Counted from the stretch's first letter, positions 51,901-62,227 are shown. The stretch is 64,000 nt of DNA from Macrostomum hystrix (GCA_950097015.1 CATNEN010000003.1:1488001-1552000); one strand, 5' to 3'. Notes: generated by a model not told the origin, from the letters alone. Translations and numbers: made by a program.

Positions 51901-54789
51901 GACAGCTCACTTACCAATTATTCGCTGCTTAGTTTTTAGAAATTCTTCACTATCAGGAAATTCCGAACAGATCTGGTACAGCTTCTGTATTGTAGCAGCT
52001 GTTTCAGCTAACTGCAATTTCAAATGGGAAATAAGAACTTTTTATTAGGAAATTAGATAATAAGCTACAATGGTTGTTTAAAAAAAAGCTACGAGAGGCT
52101 GGGGGAGAAGCTAAGATAGAGAGACAAGGGGAGAAGGTAGGGGAGAGACTAGGGGAGAAGGTAGGTGAGAGACTAGGGGAGAAGCTAGGGGAGAGACTAG
52201 GGGAGAAGCTAGGTGAGAGACTAGGGGAGAAGCTAGGGGAGAGACTAGGGGAGAAGCTAGGTGAGAGACTAGGGGAGAAGGTAGGTGAGAGACTAGGGGA
52301 GAAGGTAGGGGAGAGACTAGGGGAGAAGGTAGGGGAGAGACTAGGGGAGAAGCTAGGGGAGAGACTAGGGGAGAAACTAGGGGAGAAGCTAGGTGAGAGA
52401 CTAGGGGAGAAGCTAATTAAGAGACTAGGTGAGAAGCTAGGTGAGAAGCTAGGTGAGAGGCTATGGGCGAAGCTAGGGGAGAGACTAGGGGAGAAGGTAG
52501 GTGAGAGACTAGGTGAGAAGCTAGGTGAGAAGCTAGGTGAGAAGCTAGGTGAGAGGCTATGGGCGAAGCTAGGGGAGAGACTAGGGGAGAAGGTAGGTGA
52601 GAGACTAGGGGAGAAGCTAGGTGAGAGACTAGGGGAGAAGCTAGGTGAGAGACTAGGTGAGAAGCTAGGTGAGAGACTAGGGGAGAAACTAGGGGAGAAG
52701 CTAGGTGAGAGACTAGGGGAGAAGCTAATTAAGAGACTAGGTGAGAAGCTAGGTGAGAGACTAGGTGAGAAGCTAGGTGAGAGACTAGGTGAGAAGCTAG
52801 GTGAGAGACTAGGTGAGAAGCTAGGTGAGAGACTAGGGGAGAAGCTAATTAAGAGACTAGGTGAGAAGCTAGGTGAGAGACTAGGTGAGAAGCTAGGTGA
52901 GAGACTAGGTGAGAAGCTAGGTGAGAGACTAGGGGAGAAGCTAGGTGAGAGACTAGGCTGAATTCTAAGCTGAGAGGCTAGGGGAGAAGCTAGGTGAGAG
53001 ACTAGGTGAGAAGCTAGGTGAGAGACTAGGGGAGAAGCTAGGTGAGAGACTAGGCTGTATTCTAAGCTGAGAGGCTAGGAGAAAAGCAAACCTTAGGCGA
53101 TCTGGACGTCAGCTCAAACGACGCGCGGGACTCCAGGCAGAACTCGTGTAGATGCCGCACTAGCAGTTCCATCTCGGCTAGGCGTTCTCGGGGTCCGTTA
53201 GCTGATTCCAGCTGATCACCCAGGTGGCCAACTTTGTGCGACACGGCTGTGATGCGACGGTCCAGGTGGTCGAAGTGGTCTCGGACCTGCGGGTGGAAAA
53301 GAAATTGGAACCTAAGAAGAAGTCTATGAGTGGAAAAATGTTTGTTGACATCCCACCTGTTCAAAGGTGGCATAGATGCTGGATACTTCTTCGCGGCATC
53401 GAGATTCCTCAGCTTTGGCCCGCTCAACCAGCCGAGTCTGATCCTGGTGAAGTGCGGAGCGCAACTCGTCTAGCTGGGAGATCACCCGCTCAAAGCAGAC
53501 GGTCAGACGGTCGGGATCAAAGGCGGTTGCTGTCTGGCGCGCGGGATTCTCTCGCAACTCTTTTAGAGCTTGGGTGTCAACAAAGTGCAGGCAGTCAAAG
53601 TCCTGTTGGAATGTTTATGAAATTAGAATCTATATAATCGTTTTCAAACAATAGTCTGTTATAGCCAAGTGGTTAGAGCGTCAGGCGACTTAAAGGTCGG
53701 GAGTTCGATTCCAGTCTGCACTAGAAAAATTCGTGTCTTTTAGCAAGCCACTTAAGTCTGTAATTGCTTTAGTTCCCCAAGTCTGAAATTACAGGCGATG
53801 GCACAGCCACAGGCCACAGCTATTGTGCATGGCTTCCAATGGCTTTGTACAGCTGCTCAGTCAATGGACTAGGGAACCCACCACACTTTATATGTTTATA
53901 TGTGTGTAAACTGAAGCAATGGTGTATCAAGTGTCTTACTCAATGACGAAGTTGCTTACTTTTCTGCTGAGATTTTAACTCCTTATCTCTTTAGTACAAA
54001 TGCAATTAACTACAAAAATAATTGACAGCTCTTAAAGTAGCTCTTAAAAAGCAAAACTACATCTTTCAACTTAATTTAATTTTCAAGACAGAATGAAAAT
54101 AAATCATTGAATCAAGGAATAATCTGATACTTAAATATACTGATAAGTAATTTCTTAGCAAATCAGATTCGGATCAGAAGATAATTCATTCCTGGCTGCA
54201 AATGACACAAAAAATTAATGAAGGTTAACACTTTTGAGATAGGCCTCGTTTTTATTCCTAGAAATATTTTCCCGCAAAACTTAGTATTTTGTAAAATTTG
54301 TTTAAATGCACCAATTTGTTTCAATCGCACCGAAAATAAAGTGTTTTATCGAAGTCGCGGAGGTCAGGAGGAGAAGTTTTTACTATAAATACACATGAGC
54401 AAAGAGAGAAGAATTAACCCACTCTCGTTTGAGAAGGAGTTTAAAGTAAAGAAAGCTTCAATCTTGAAGTGTTCATGTTGAAGTTATTTGAGAAAGAGAC
54501 ATTGCGAAAGAGAAGTAAATAGAGTGAAGAAAAGCTGTAAATCTAGATCCACTGGTAAAGCCCAAGGACGGACTGAAGATTGAATTGAAGATTAACTGAA
54601 GAGTAATTGAAGAGTGATAAAAACTGATAAAAATGGTTAAAGACTGATAAAGACAGATAAAGCAAATAATTAAAGACACTCAGTAAGATATTAAAAAGAA
54701 ATTAGAAAGAGGCCTACAACACTTTTTTAGAAAAAAATTATACATACCTCAATAGTGAGTTCATCCTGTAGCTTAGTTAAACCATCCAT
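39679..54789 (-). CDS. EXOC5: Exocyst complex component 5 (Sec10), complete, 9 coding exons, 727 aa
   Basis: Exons 54789-54748, 53602-53357, 53286-53092, 52011-51915, 51841-51567, 42761-42468, 41783-41355, 40642-40341, 39982-39679; GT-AG, phases 0,0,0,1,0,0,0,2, total 2184 nt. Sec10 motifs [37 protein letters not shown]...[27 protein letters not shown]. Confidence 0.93.
40341..40642 (-). CDS. EXOC5: EXOC5 coding exon 8
   Basis: GACAG|GTT...CAG|GTTGGT; [27 protein letters not shown]. Confidence 0.94.
40720..41220. repeat. Degenerate ~24-bp minisatellite in EXOC5 intron 7
   Basis: GGATTTCCTAGATAAATGGACG-like units. Confidence 0.88.
41355..41783 (-). CDS. EXOC5: EXOC5 coding exon 7
   Basis: TTTGTCAG|GTG...CAG|GTGAGA; [28 protein letters not shown]. 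Confidence 0.92.
42105..42275. repeat. 25-bp minisatellite in EXOC5 intron 6
   Basis: GATCTGACTGGAAAATGGGGAAGTA, ~6 copies. Confidence 0.8.
42468..42761 (-). CDS. EXOC5: EXOC5 coding exon 6
   Basis: CCGCAG|GCG...GAG|GTGCGC; YLKAL...LFYPYLSGY...LDHYY. Confidence 0.9.
42800..51540. repeat. 36-bp satellite (~240 copies) filling EXOC5 intron 5
   Basis: AACTAGAAATCTTCAGATAGCAACCAGATCCTAATG; spans almost all of intron 42762-51566. Confidence 0.99.
51567..51841 (-). CDS. EXOC5: EXOC5 coding exon 5
   Basis: TTTTCCAG|AG...CAG|GTTGGT; IFSNSESVM. Confidence 0.88.
51915..52011 (-). CDS. EXOC5: EXOC5 coding exon 4
   Basis: TTGCAG|TTA...TTG|GTAAGT; [19 protein letters not shown]. Confidence 0.88.
52100..53075. 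repeat. 12/24-bp G-rich minisatellite in EXOC5 intron 3
   Basis: CTAGGGGAGAAG / CTAGGTGAGAGA alternating units. Confidence 0.96.
53092..53286 (-). CDS. EXOC5: EXOC5 coding exon 3
   Basis: CCGCAG|GTC...AAG|GTTTGC; [18 protein letters not shown]. Confidence 0.94.
53357..53602 (-). CDS. EXOC5: EXOC5 coding exon 2
   Basis: CCAACAG|GAC...CAG|GTGGGA; DFDCLHFVD...AFDPDRL..CFE. Confidence 0.88.
53655..53880 (+). mobile_element. tRNA-derived SINE (pol III A/B boxes plus core-like region) in EXOC5 intron 1
   Basis: A box TAGCCAAGTGG 53662-53672 and B box GTTCGATTCC 53703-53712, followed by GTGTCTTTTAGCAAGCCACTTAA resembling SINE core domains. No intact cloverleaf. Confidence 0.65.
54748..54789 (-). 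CDS. EXOC5: EXOC5 coding exon 1 ([14 protein letters not shown])
   Basis: ATG 25 nt after acceptor TTTTGCAG; donor GAG|GTATGT; phase matches exon 2. Confidence 0.65.
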
Positions 54790-55014
54790 GATAATAGTTA
54801 TTTCTTTTAAATTGCTGCAAAATATTAAGGATAAGAAGTTTGTTATGATTAGTAGAATAGCCAATTCTTTATATACTTGAATTTAGATGAAGTAAATTAT
54901 GAATATCATAGGCCTATTATCTTACTAGAAATGAAAATCTTACTAAGACTTTCTCCATTTTTATTAAAAATCTGGACAGGGTTGTAGGTAGGCCTAGCCA
55001 TCTTCTAGAACAAC

Positions 55015-55260
55015 TTGTGTCATTTAGCAAGGCACTGAACTCTTCACTGCTTCAGTTTACCAAGCTGTTAAATAGGTACCAGCAATAGATAAGGTGTTTA
55101 ATTAATAGTGGGTAGCATTGCCCCAGTGTATAGAGTACTATAGACTAAACAGCTGTATATAGCCATCAGAAATTCTATGCAATAGCTGCAGCTAATGCTG
55201 TGAGCTACACATCTGGCCCAATTAGGGCAGGTATAATAAGTTGTTACTAATTATTACTAT
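55015..55260 (+). mobile_element. 5'-truncated SINE copy
   Basis: TGTGTCATTTAGCAAGGCACTGAAC...ACCAAGCTGTTAAATAGGTACC, similar to 53733-53780 and to 30455-30645 (-). Confidence 0.6.
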
Positions 55261-55758
55261 GAAAGATTACTCATGGAGATTATTAAACTTTAAGTAGGCC
55301 TACAACAAGTAATTTTTTCTGATATGTTTCTCCTTCATAAAGAGATAGATAATGTAATGATAAACAAAGGAAAAATATAAATTAAAATACATCTAAAAGT
55401 TCAAGACAAACTTTGATCTCTGTTAGAAAGAAATATATATTAGCACAAATCATCTGTGTAAATGCCATATTCACTGCAATATGAAAAGTAATGGCGTAGG
55501 CCCTACATTTACAAAGCCTCTTGACAATTTATATACACAATTATAGGTAGACTTGAATACTTTTAATAGGCTATAAATAATGCTAAAATTTGCTACCAAT
55601 TTTTTGTCACAGAAGTGCCTGGTAGGTAGTGGTGGTTACTGATACTGAAATAGCAGTTAGGCTAGGCCTGCCTGCTGAAACTGAAATGGACTGTTACACT
55701 GTTTAAATAATTTAGATTTGATCAACACTAATACATCACATGTAAGAATATGTTGACT

Positions 55759-55934
55759 CAGTGACATAGCTAGGAATTTTCGATAGGGGGGTAAATAAAA
55801 AAAGTTAAATGAACAATTCAAAAAATTGACTGTATTTTAATGGTAATACTCTTCCCTTTTAACTCTCCCACAATTTTTCTGCCGTTTGGGGGAGGATATA
55901 TCCCCGTATCCCCCTTAGCTACGCCACCAAGCTG
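55759..55934. mobile_element. Degenerate hAT-type MITE (~176 bp)
   Basis: Left end CAGTGACATAGCTAGG, right end CCTTAGCTACGCCAC(CAAG)CTG; flanks TGTTGACT / CGTTGACT (7/8 TSD match). Confidence 0.65.
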
Positions 55935-55994
55935 CGTTGACTTAAAAATGTAGTTTTCTAGATTTCCTCGCGTAATTAATTTCGCGCGTTTTTT

Positions 55995-56245
55995 CGTTAT
56001 AGAAAGCGTAATACACGGTGATCCAGTAGATGATGGCCCCAAAGCTGTTATCCGCGTAGAGGCGACGCCAGAGGTATTCCTTAATATGGCTCTCGAATAA
56101 CGAGTCGCGTGTGTCTGCATGTTGCGCAGCGCCCAGGTGCCCTCAATGGTGTTGGTGTACACCGTGTTGTCGTCATTCGGGTAGATGTAACGGTGGTTGA
56201 TGACGGCGTGGTTCTTCAGACCAGCGTTGGACAGCGAGCCGTCCA
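55995..56245 (-). pseudogene. Merlin / IS1595 (ISXO2-like) DDE transposase C-terminal relic, frameshifted
   Basis: HAVINH....YTNTIEGTW in one frame, then LFESHIKEYLWRRLYADNSFGAIIYWITVYY in another; both are typical of Merlin/IS1595 C-termini. Confidence 0.7.
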
Positions 56246-56891
56246 TAAAAAAATATGGCCAAAATGAAGTCACATATTTCACAAAATCATTCATTTGTTT
56301 AGCTCAGCTTTTTTAGCTTTTTATTTAGCTTAGGACAGATTAATCTCATACTTATAGGCGGCAGGCCAAGTTCTGATCATAGTTCTTGACAAAAGAATAC
56401 TGGATTTTGTATTGCCAGTATAGGTCGATTATAATTAAAGAAGAAAAAAATTTAATTATAAGAGAACAACGGAGAGAATCTTGGTATTGTATCATGATAT
56501 TTTTACTTTCATTAGTCCTATGATTTCAACTTTTGTACAGTGACATGGCATGAATTAAGCTTTATTGGAATTACATTTTTGTAAAAACTAATTTTAACAA
56601 CAAGGCAAATATGGTGTTAAATTTCATACCAAATAGCTCCCATTTGATTGTTCATAAAAGCGCCCTTTTATTCGCAAGAAATACATGTCGTTACGGCAGA
56701 CGATGTCAGCCTCCGATTCGAATTGTGATGAATGTACCTATACTTGCCTAATAAAAGGGCTACAGGTGCCCGTCCGCGATCGATCTTCATGCGGTCCTTG
56801 AGTTTGCCTTGCACAAAAGAACTGAAAAAGCCTTTGCTAGAATATACATTTTTATCTGGTCCTGTGTCTCGTGAAACAGCTCGATCACGTC

Positions 56892-58676
56892 CAGTGGCGG
56901 ATCCAGGATTTCTTAAGTGGGGTGGCGGATATGCGAGTACAGAAACTAGAAACTAAGTAATCCCAATCCATCTATCTTTCATCTATGCTCAATACAAGAT
57001 CTTGAGAGGATATATCAATTTTTGCATACATTTTAATGCCTAGAGTGGTGCAAATGACTCTGACACATGAGGGTAGTAGTAGAAGTTGGCTCGGGTCTCG
57101 GGAAGAACTAACCCGTTTTGGCCAATATTGACAATTATATTTAGTGAGTTATCAAGGCTTCATTTAAAAGAAAGTCAATGACAATGTGAGAAGACCAACA
57201 CTATAATATTTTAATTTGAAATTTGAATAGAATGTACGTGTTGCAGTGAGACGCGAATAAGCAATCGTTAGTAGCAAATAGAGCGTAGAAGAATGGAAAT
57301 TGGAATTAACGAATTGGAATCACTTAATTGAAGCAGGCACGGCGATTGACATCCTTTGACAAAAACTTCTCCACAGTTGCAGATATTGTACTTGCAGTAT
57401 TACAAATCATGTCCTTGTGGATGAAGGCCAATGCCAGTCCATTCAGCCGCTCTTCTCCCATGGTGCTGCGCAAGTAATTCTTTAGGAACTTCAGCGAAGA
57501 GAAGGATCTTTCTCCAGTGGCAGTGGAGACAGGCAGCGTTGCGTAAATGTTCAAGAGAGTGCTGATGTTGGGAAACAGGCTATGGTCGCACTCCAAGATT
57601 GTCTTAGTCAAAGTTGTGGGCCATTTCTGTGGATCCTCCCTTTGCCAGAGTCGCATCCACTGGTTAAATTCTGCTTCAACCTCCTCTTGCTCCTGGCTTG
57701 GCAGAACTGAAGCAAAGTGCTGCATTGATGGCTTGAGCTGAATGAATGGATTTGCATGCTTCTTGGCTGTTGCTGGGATAAGGGCACTGAGTCCAGAAGC
57801 AACGTCAGAAAGGCGTGCAAATCGGTCTTGCAGGTTGACCAGTAGTCCATCCAAGAAGGGAACAAAGATTGTCAAACGCCAGTAGTCCTTGGGATCAGTA
57901 GTAGGAAGATTGGCACGATTCGTTTGACGCGCAACTCGCCTAGGAGGAGTCAAGTCGATTTCAATTGCCTCTGCAGTCTCTAGAATCTTCTCCCAGAGCT
58001 CACTGAACTTCTCTGCAGACTCTTCCCGCCACTTCTGCAGTTGCTCTTGCACATCCGCAATTAGAAACCTGGCGCTTAGCAAATCTATTGCACACTTCTG
58101 GAGAGCTTCTGCCAACCCCTTGGTGAGAGTCAAAGTTACATCCAGAACCACGATTGATACCAGAAACTCTGCGTCCATCGAATTAAGCAGAGCTTTTGCA
58201 TTTCTGGATGCTTCTGGGTTGGAATGCTCGCGAACTTATATCCCCCACGATCGATAATTGTGCCCGGGCCTTTCTTCTTACCCTCAGCCAACTCAGCTTG
58301 TCGGGGTCTCTTTTTTTTCCACTGTCATTTGGTCAAAAACAAGCCCAAGCAAGAAATGCGGGATGCGCAGTCTAGTTATATTTCTTTTCTTGGTCTGTGC
58401 TCTCACCCTACTCTTACTATCATAACTTAAATTAGCTTCTCTCTTGCCAATGGTTTGGCTAGAAATAAATAAAACCGAACCGACAATGTTCCATGGGATG
58501 CAATTCCATTCCAAGGAAAAGCAGACAGACCATAGAAGCAATGGAAATATAATGAAGAACTTGGACTTTGTGGGTTGAGGAGCCCAAAATTAAAATGTCT
58601 CCCTTCCATGCAAGTCCAGCCACGGCGAAAGTGGGGGGGCGGCCGCCCCCCCGCCCCCCCCCTGGATCCGCCACTG
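56892..58676 (-). mobile_element. Internally deleted hAT DNA transposon (1785 bp)
   Basis: Perfect 16-bp TIRs CAGTGGCGGATCCAGG (56892-56907; 58661-58676), perfect 8-bp TSD ATCACGTC (56884-56891; 58677-58684), internal transposase 3' portion. Confidence 0.95.
57324..58235 (-). pseudogene. 5'-truncated hAT transposase (ZMYM1/THAP12-like; C-terminal dimerisation domain)
   Basis: FPNISTLLNIYATLPVSTATGERSFSSLKFLKNYLRSTMGEERLNGLAL. Frame is open upstream to 58235 (EASRNAKALLNSM), then stop; the N-terminal half is absent. Confidence 0.9.
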
Positions 58677-59308
58677 ATCACGTCTCTGTACATTCTGTAC
58701 ATTTACCCAAGATGGCCAACGCATGCAGTCAGTCAAGGAGAGGATCTAAATGTAGTAGTGACTAAAGCGAAAACGAGATTCACATACGAATTTCATATTA
58801 AAACTGGCTCGAGCGGATAAATGACAGACTTGATGTACAGCTCTGTCTGTCACTTTCCTATAACTTTGCTCTGCGGCAAGAATAAATTGAAGCAACAAGA
58901 GTTATAATAATTAAGCTGCAGTGCAAAAAACCGACTCAAATACTCTTTTGCATAGCCATGATTTGCAGCAACTCAATTATCATTGTCCTTTGGTGAGTCA
59001 AACGTCTCTGATCCTGTATTTTTCGTGTTCCCCCCAAGTCTTGGGAAGCCTTGTCTGTTACCAAACGATGTATCAGATCCCACAGTCCTCCCATATTTCT
59101 CATAAAGTGCACTCGGCACGCGCCCAACAAGCAGCGTTTAGCTGCTACAGCTGCAGCTCGTCCAGAGATCTGACGGACTGTCTGTCATCTGCAGCGCTGT
59201 CAAGCCGAACTAGCAGCTGCTACAAAGCTGAGACTGTTGACTACAGATATGCTTGCCTGGCAGAAAAGTCTACTCAATGGTGAGTTACAAAACGTCTGCC
59301 TAATGTTT

Positions 59309-59705
59309 ACCGTGTCTAACAGGTGACAATACCGTGTCTAACAGATGACAATACCGTGTCTAACAGGTGACAATACCGTGTCTAACAGATGACAATACCG
59401 TGTCTAACAGATGACAATACCGTGTCTAACAGATGACAATACCGTGTCTAACAGATGACAATACCGTGTCTAACAGATGACAATACCGTGTCTAACATAT
59501 GACAATACCGTGTCTAACAGGTGACAGTAGTACAGTATGTAAAAAGTGACATTACTGCAGTGTCTAACAGGAGACATTACAGTGTCTGACATGTGAAAGT
59601 AACATGTCTAAAAGGTTACAGTACAGTAACTAACAGATGACAGTACCGTATCTAACAGGTGACAGTAACGTATCTAACAGGTGACAATACCGTGTCTAAC
59701 AGATG
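59309..59705. repeat. 22-bp minisatellite
   Basis: CCGTGTCTAACAGATGACAATA near-perfect to ~59520, degenerate after. Confidence 0.93.
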
Positions 59706-60419
59706 AAAACAGAAAAAGCATACTGTCTGCAGTGTCACCTGCTTTTTTTCAATTCACACAAAAACTAATTTTGTGTTTCCTGTCAAGCAGGGCTAAATTG
59801 TGTACGAGCCCTGCGTAACAGGCTTCAGGGCACCAATCGCACAAAAAAAGAAACACTGAGCACAATAAATACTGCCCGGCTTCAAACAGCGCGCACACGA
59901 ACCAGACTTTGCTGCTTTCGCGTAAAGTTTATATATATGTAAACTGCTGGCATTTAGAAAATCTGCCAGAAGTTCCGGTCGACACTGGAGTGACATTCTC
60001 CCATCAGAATCGCAAGGGCCTTTATCATTATACTCATCATGATGATGACAATGGTTTACAGCCGCAGATATGCCCTTGTAGTAACTGTGTGCGAGTCAAA
60101 CTTTTAGATGAGAAATGAGGATATCCGTACACTTTTGAGCAAAGTGGTGTGGTTCTGGACTCGCATTTTTTATACTTTTTTGAGCGACCCAGAAAAATAC
60201 AAAAATCAAATAATTAAAAACTAGTTTCCAACGCAAGCGAACAGAGCAAGGGTAATAGAGGGCAGGAAGCTAGCCGACGGTGTGGGAAAACACAAAAGTT
60301 GTAGGAGGCGACAGAGAGGTACAGGATGGATGCAGAAAAAGGCGGATGGGAGTTAGTGCGGTGCGCGAGGCTTTGTAAAAGAGCAATAAAGGGTGGAAGA
60401 GAGGATGTTAGAGAGGACT

Positions 60420-61058
60420 AAAGGCGGAAGGGTGTGGGAAGAGGCGAAAGGTTGTGGAAAGCAGCGGAAGGGTGTGAGAAGAGACGGAAGGGTGTGGGAA
60501 GAGGTGGAAGGGTGAGGGAAGAGGCGGAAGGGTGAGGGATGAGGCGGAAATGTGTGGGAAGAGGCTGAAGGGTGTGGGAAGAGGATGAAAGGGTGTGGGA
60601 AGAGGCGGAAGGGTTTGGGAAGAGGTGGAAGGGTGTGGGAAGCGGCGGAAGGGTGTGGGAAGAGGTGGAAGGGTGTGGGAAGAGGCGGAAGGGTTTGTGA
60701 AGAGGTGGAAGGGTGTGGGAAGCGGCGGAAGGGTTTGTGAAGAGGTGGAAGGGTGTGGGAAGAGGCGGAAGGGTTTGGGAAGAGGTGGAAGGGTGTGGGA
60801 AGAGGCGGAAGGGTTTGGGAAGAGGTGGAAGGGTGTGGGAAGAGGCGGAAGGGTTTGGGAAGAGGTGGAAGGGTGTGGGAAGAGGCGGAAGGGTTTGGGA
60901 AGAGGTGGAAGGGTGTGGGAAGCGGCGGAAGGGTGTGGGAAGAGGCGGAAGGGTTTGGGAAGAGGTGGAAGGGTGTGGGAAGCGGCGGAAGGGTGTGGGA
61001 AGAGGTGGAAGGGTGTGGGAATAGGCGGAAGGGTGTTGGGAAGAGGCCAAAGTGTGTT
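60420..61058. repeat. 20-bp G-rich minisatellite (alternating 40-bp dimer) upstream of the PDI-like gene
   Basis: GGGTGTGGGAAGAGGCGGAA / GGGTTTGGGAAGAGGTGGAA. Confidence 0.96.
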
Positions 61059-62227
61059 TGAGTAGGTGGAAGGGTGTGCTCTAAAATAGTGTCTAAAATT
61101 ATAATTATTGCCTATGGCTCTATAGCTATTTTATAAAAAAGTACTTGAATTACCTGTTTTAATAGCTTACTGGAATTTAATGCAACAAATATAAAAAAAT
61201 TCATAGACATAGAAGACAGCTAGGCCTATAAAGTGTGCTTATATAATAGTTATTATAAAATAGTTAGCAAAGCTAGCCCCAAAAGCTACCCAAGCCTAGC
61301 TAAAACTGTAATATATTCATTATATAATATTCTTTATAATATAAATATAATATTCTTTATTAGGCATAGCTATAGGTAGTATAGACCTAATATCTTCATC
61401 AAATACTAAAGGACATTGAAAGCAAAGAAAATAAAAATAAGCTAGCTAGCCATGTACCATAGTAAAGCTAGACTGGTATCAGCACTCAGTAGCATAGTAG
61501 GCCTAAGTAGGTGATTAGGTACTATAGTAATTAGCCTAGCTTAGAGTAATTAGTATACTTGGCCTAATTAGCAAGCAGGCTTGGCTAATACAGAATGCAT
61601 AATTACAAAGCCAGATGCTAGAAAGTAGAATAACCAAAATTATTTTGCTAGCTATCCGTTATTGTTATTATTATTATTAGCATTATCTGGAAGAGTAGTA
61701 CTTATATTTACAACATCTGTCTTAATTATGCCTTTCTCGTTTCTGACTGTACATATGGGCCTGCATAATTATAGAGAATAGCATGCAATACTTATACTAA
61801 TAAGCCAATTGCCATCGTCATTGATTCTCAAGCGAGTATGGTAAAGGAATTAAGATGTTCATTTACTTCGTTTAGTTACAGTCGTGTACCAATATATATT
61901 AGCTCCTGCGACGACTTTATTGGACGAAGAAATCTAAATCATAAAAATTCTTGATAATATAGGTTCAAAGAAGATAAATATAAGTTTTATATCAAAGTAT
62001 TAATCTGTTAACTAAATGCTTCCTCATTAAATGCAGCTTTTTATCTTATAAATTGTTTTACTTTTCGATACAGCGGAAATAAAAAGGTTCGTCTGTTTAA
62101 AATTCATGTAACCAACTTTTCAAGTACGAAACATTCAGAAACCCTGTTTAATTGTAGCTAAACAAAGGCGCTGCACAAAATATTTAGCTTTAGTCTCTCC
62201 ACAGACTAGAAGCAGTTTTATTTCAAA

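Noticed and set aside
52074-52961. (GERLGEKL)n ORF, and similar repeat ORFs at 24081, 35937, 37018, 37193 and 60418-61065
   Set aside because: Translations of minisatellites whose units lack stops in that frame; intronic, antisense or intergenic.
39983-53356. AG|GT direct repeats at EXOC5 intron ends as a sign of recent intron gain (introners)
   Set aside because: This matches the ordinary splice consensus, several positions appear to match vertebrate EXOC5 introns (from memory), and the introns share no sequence.
53655-53725. Functional tRNA gene
   Set aside because: A/B boxes are present, but there is no convincing acceptor stem or anticodon arm and it continues into a SINE-like core.
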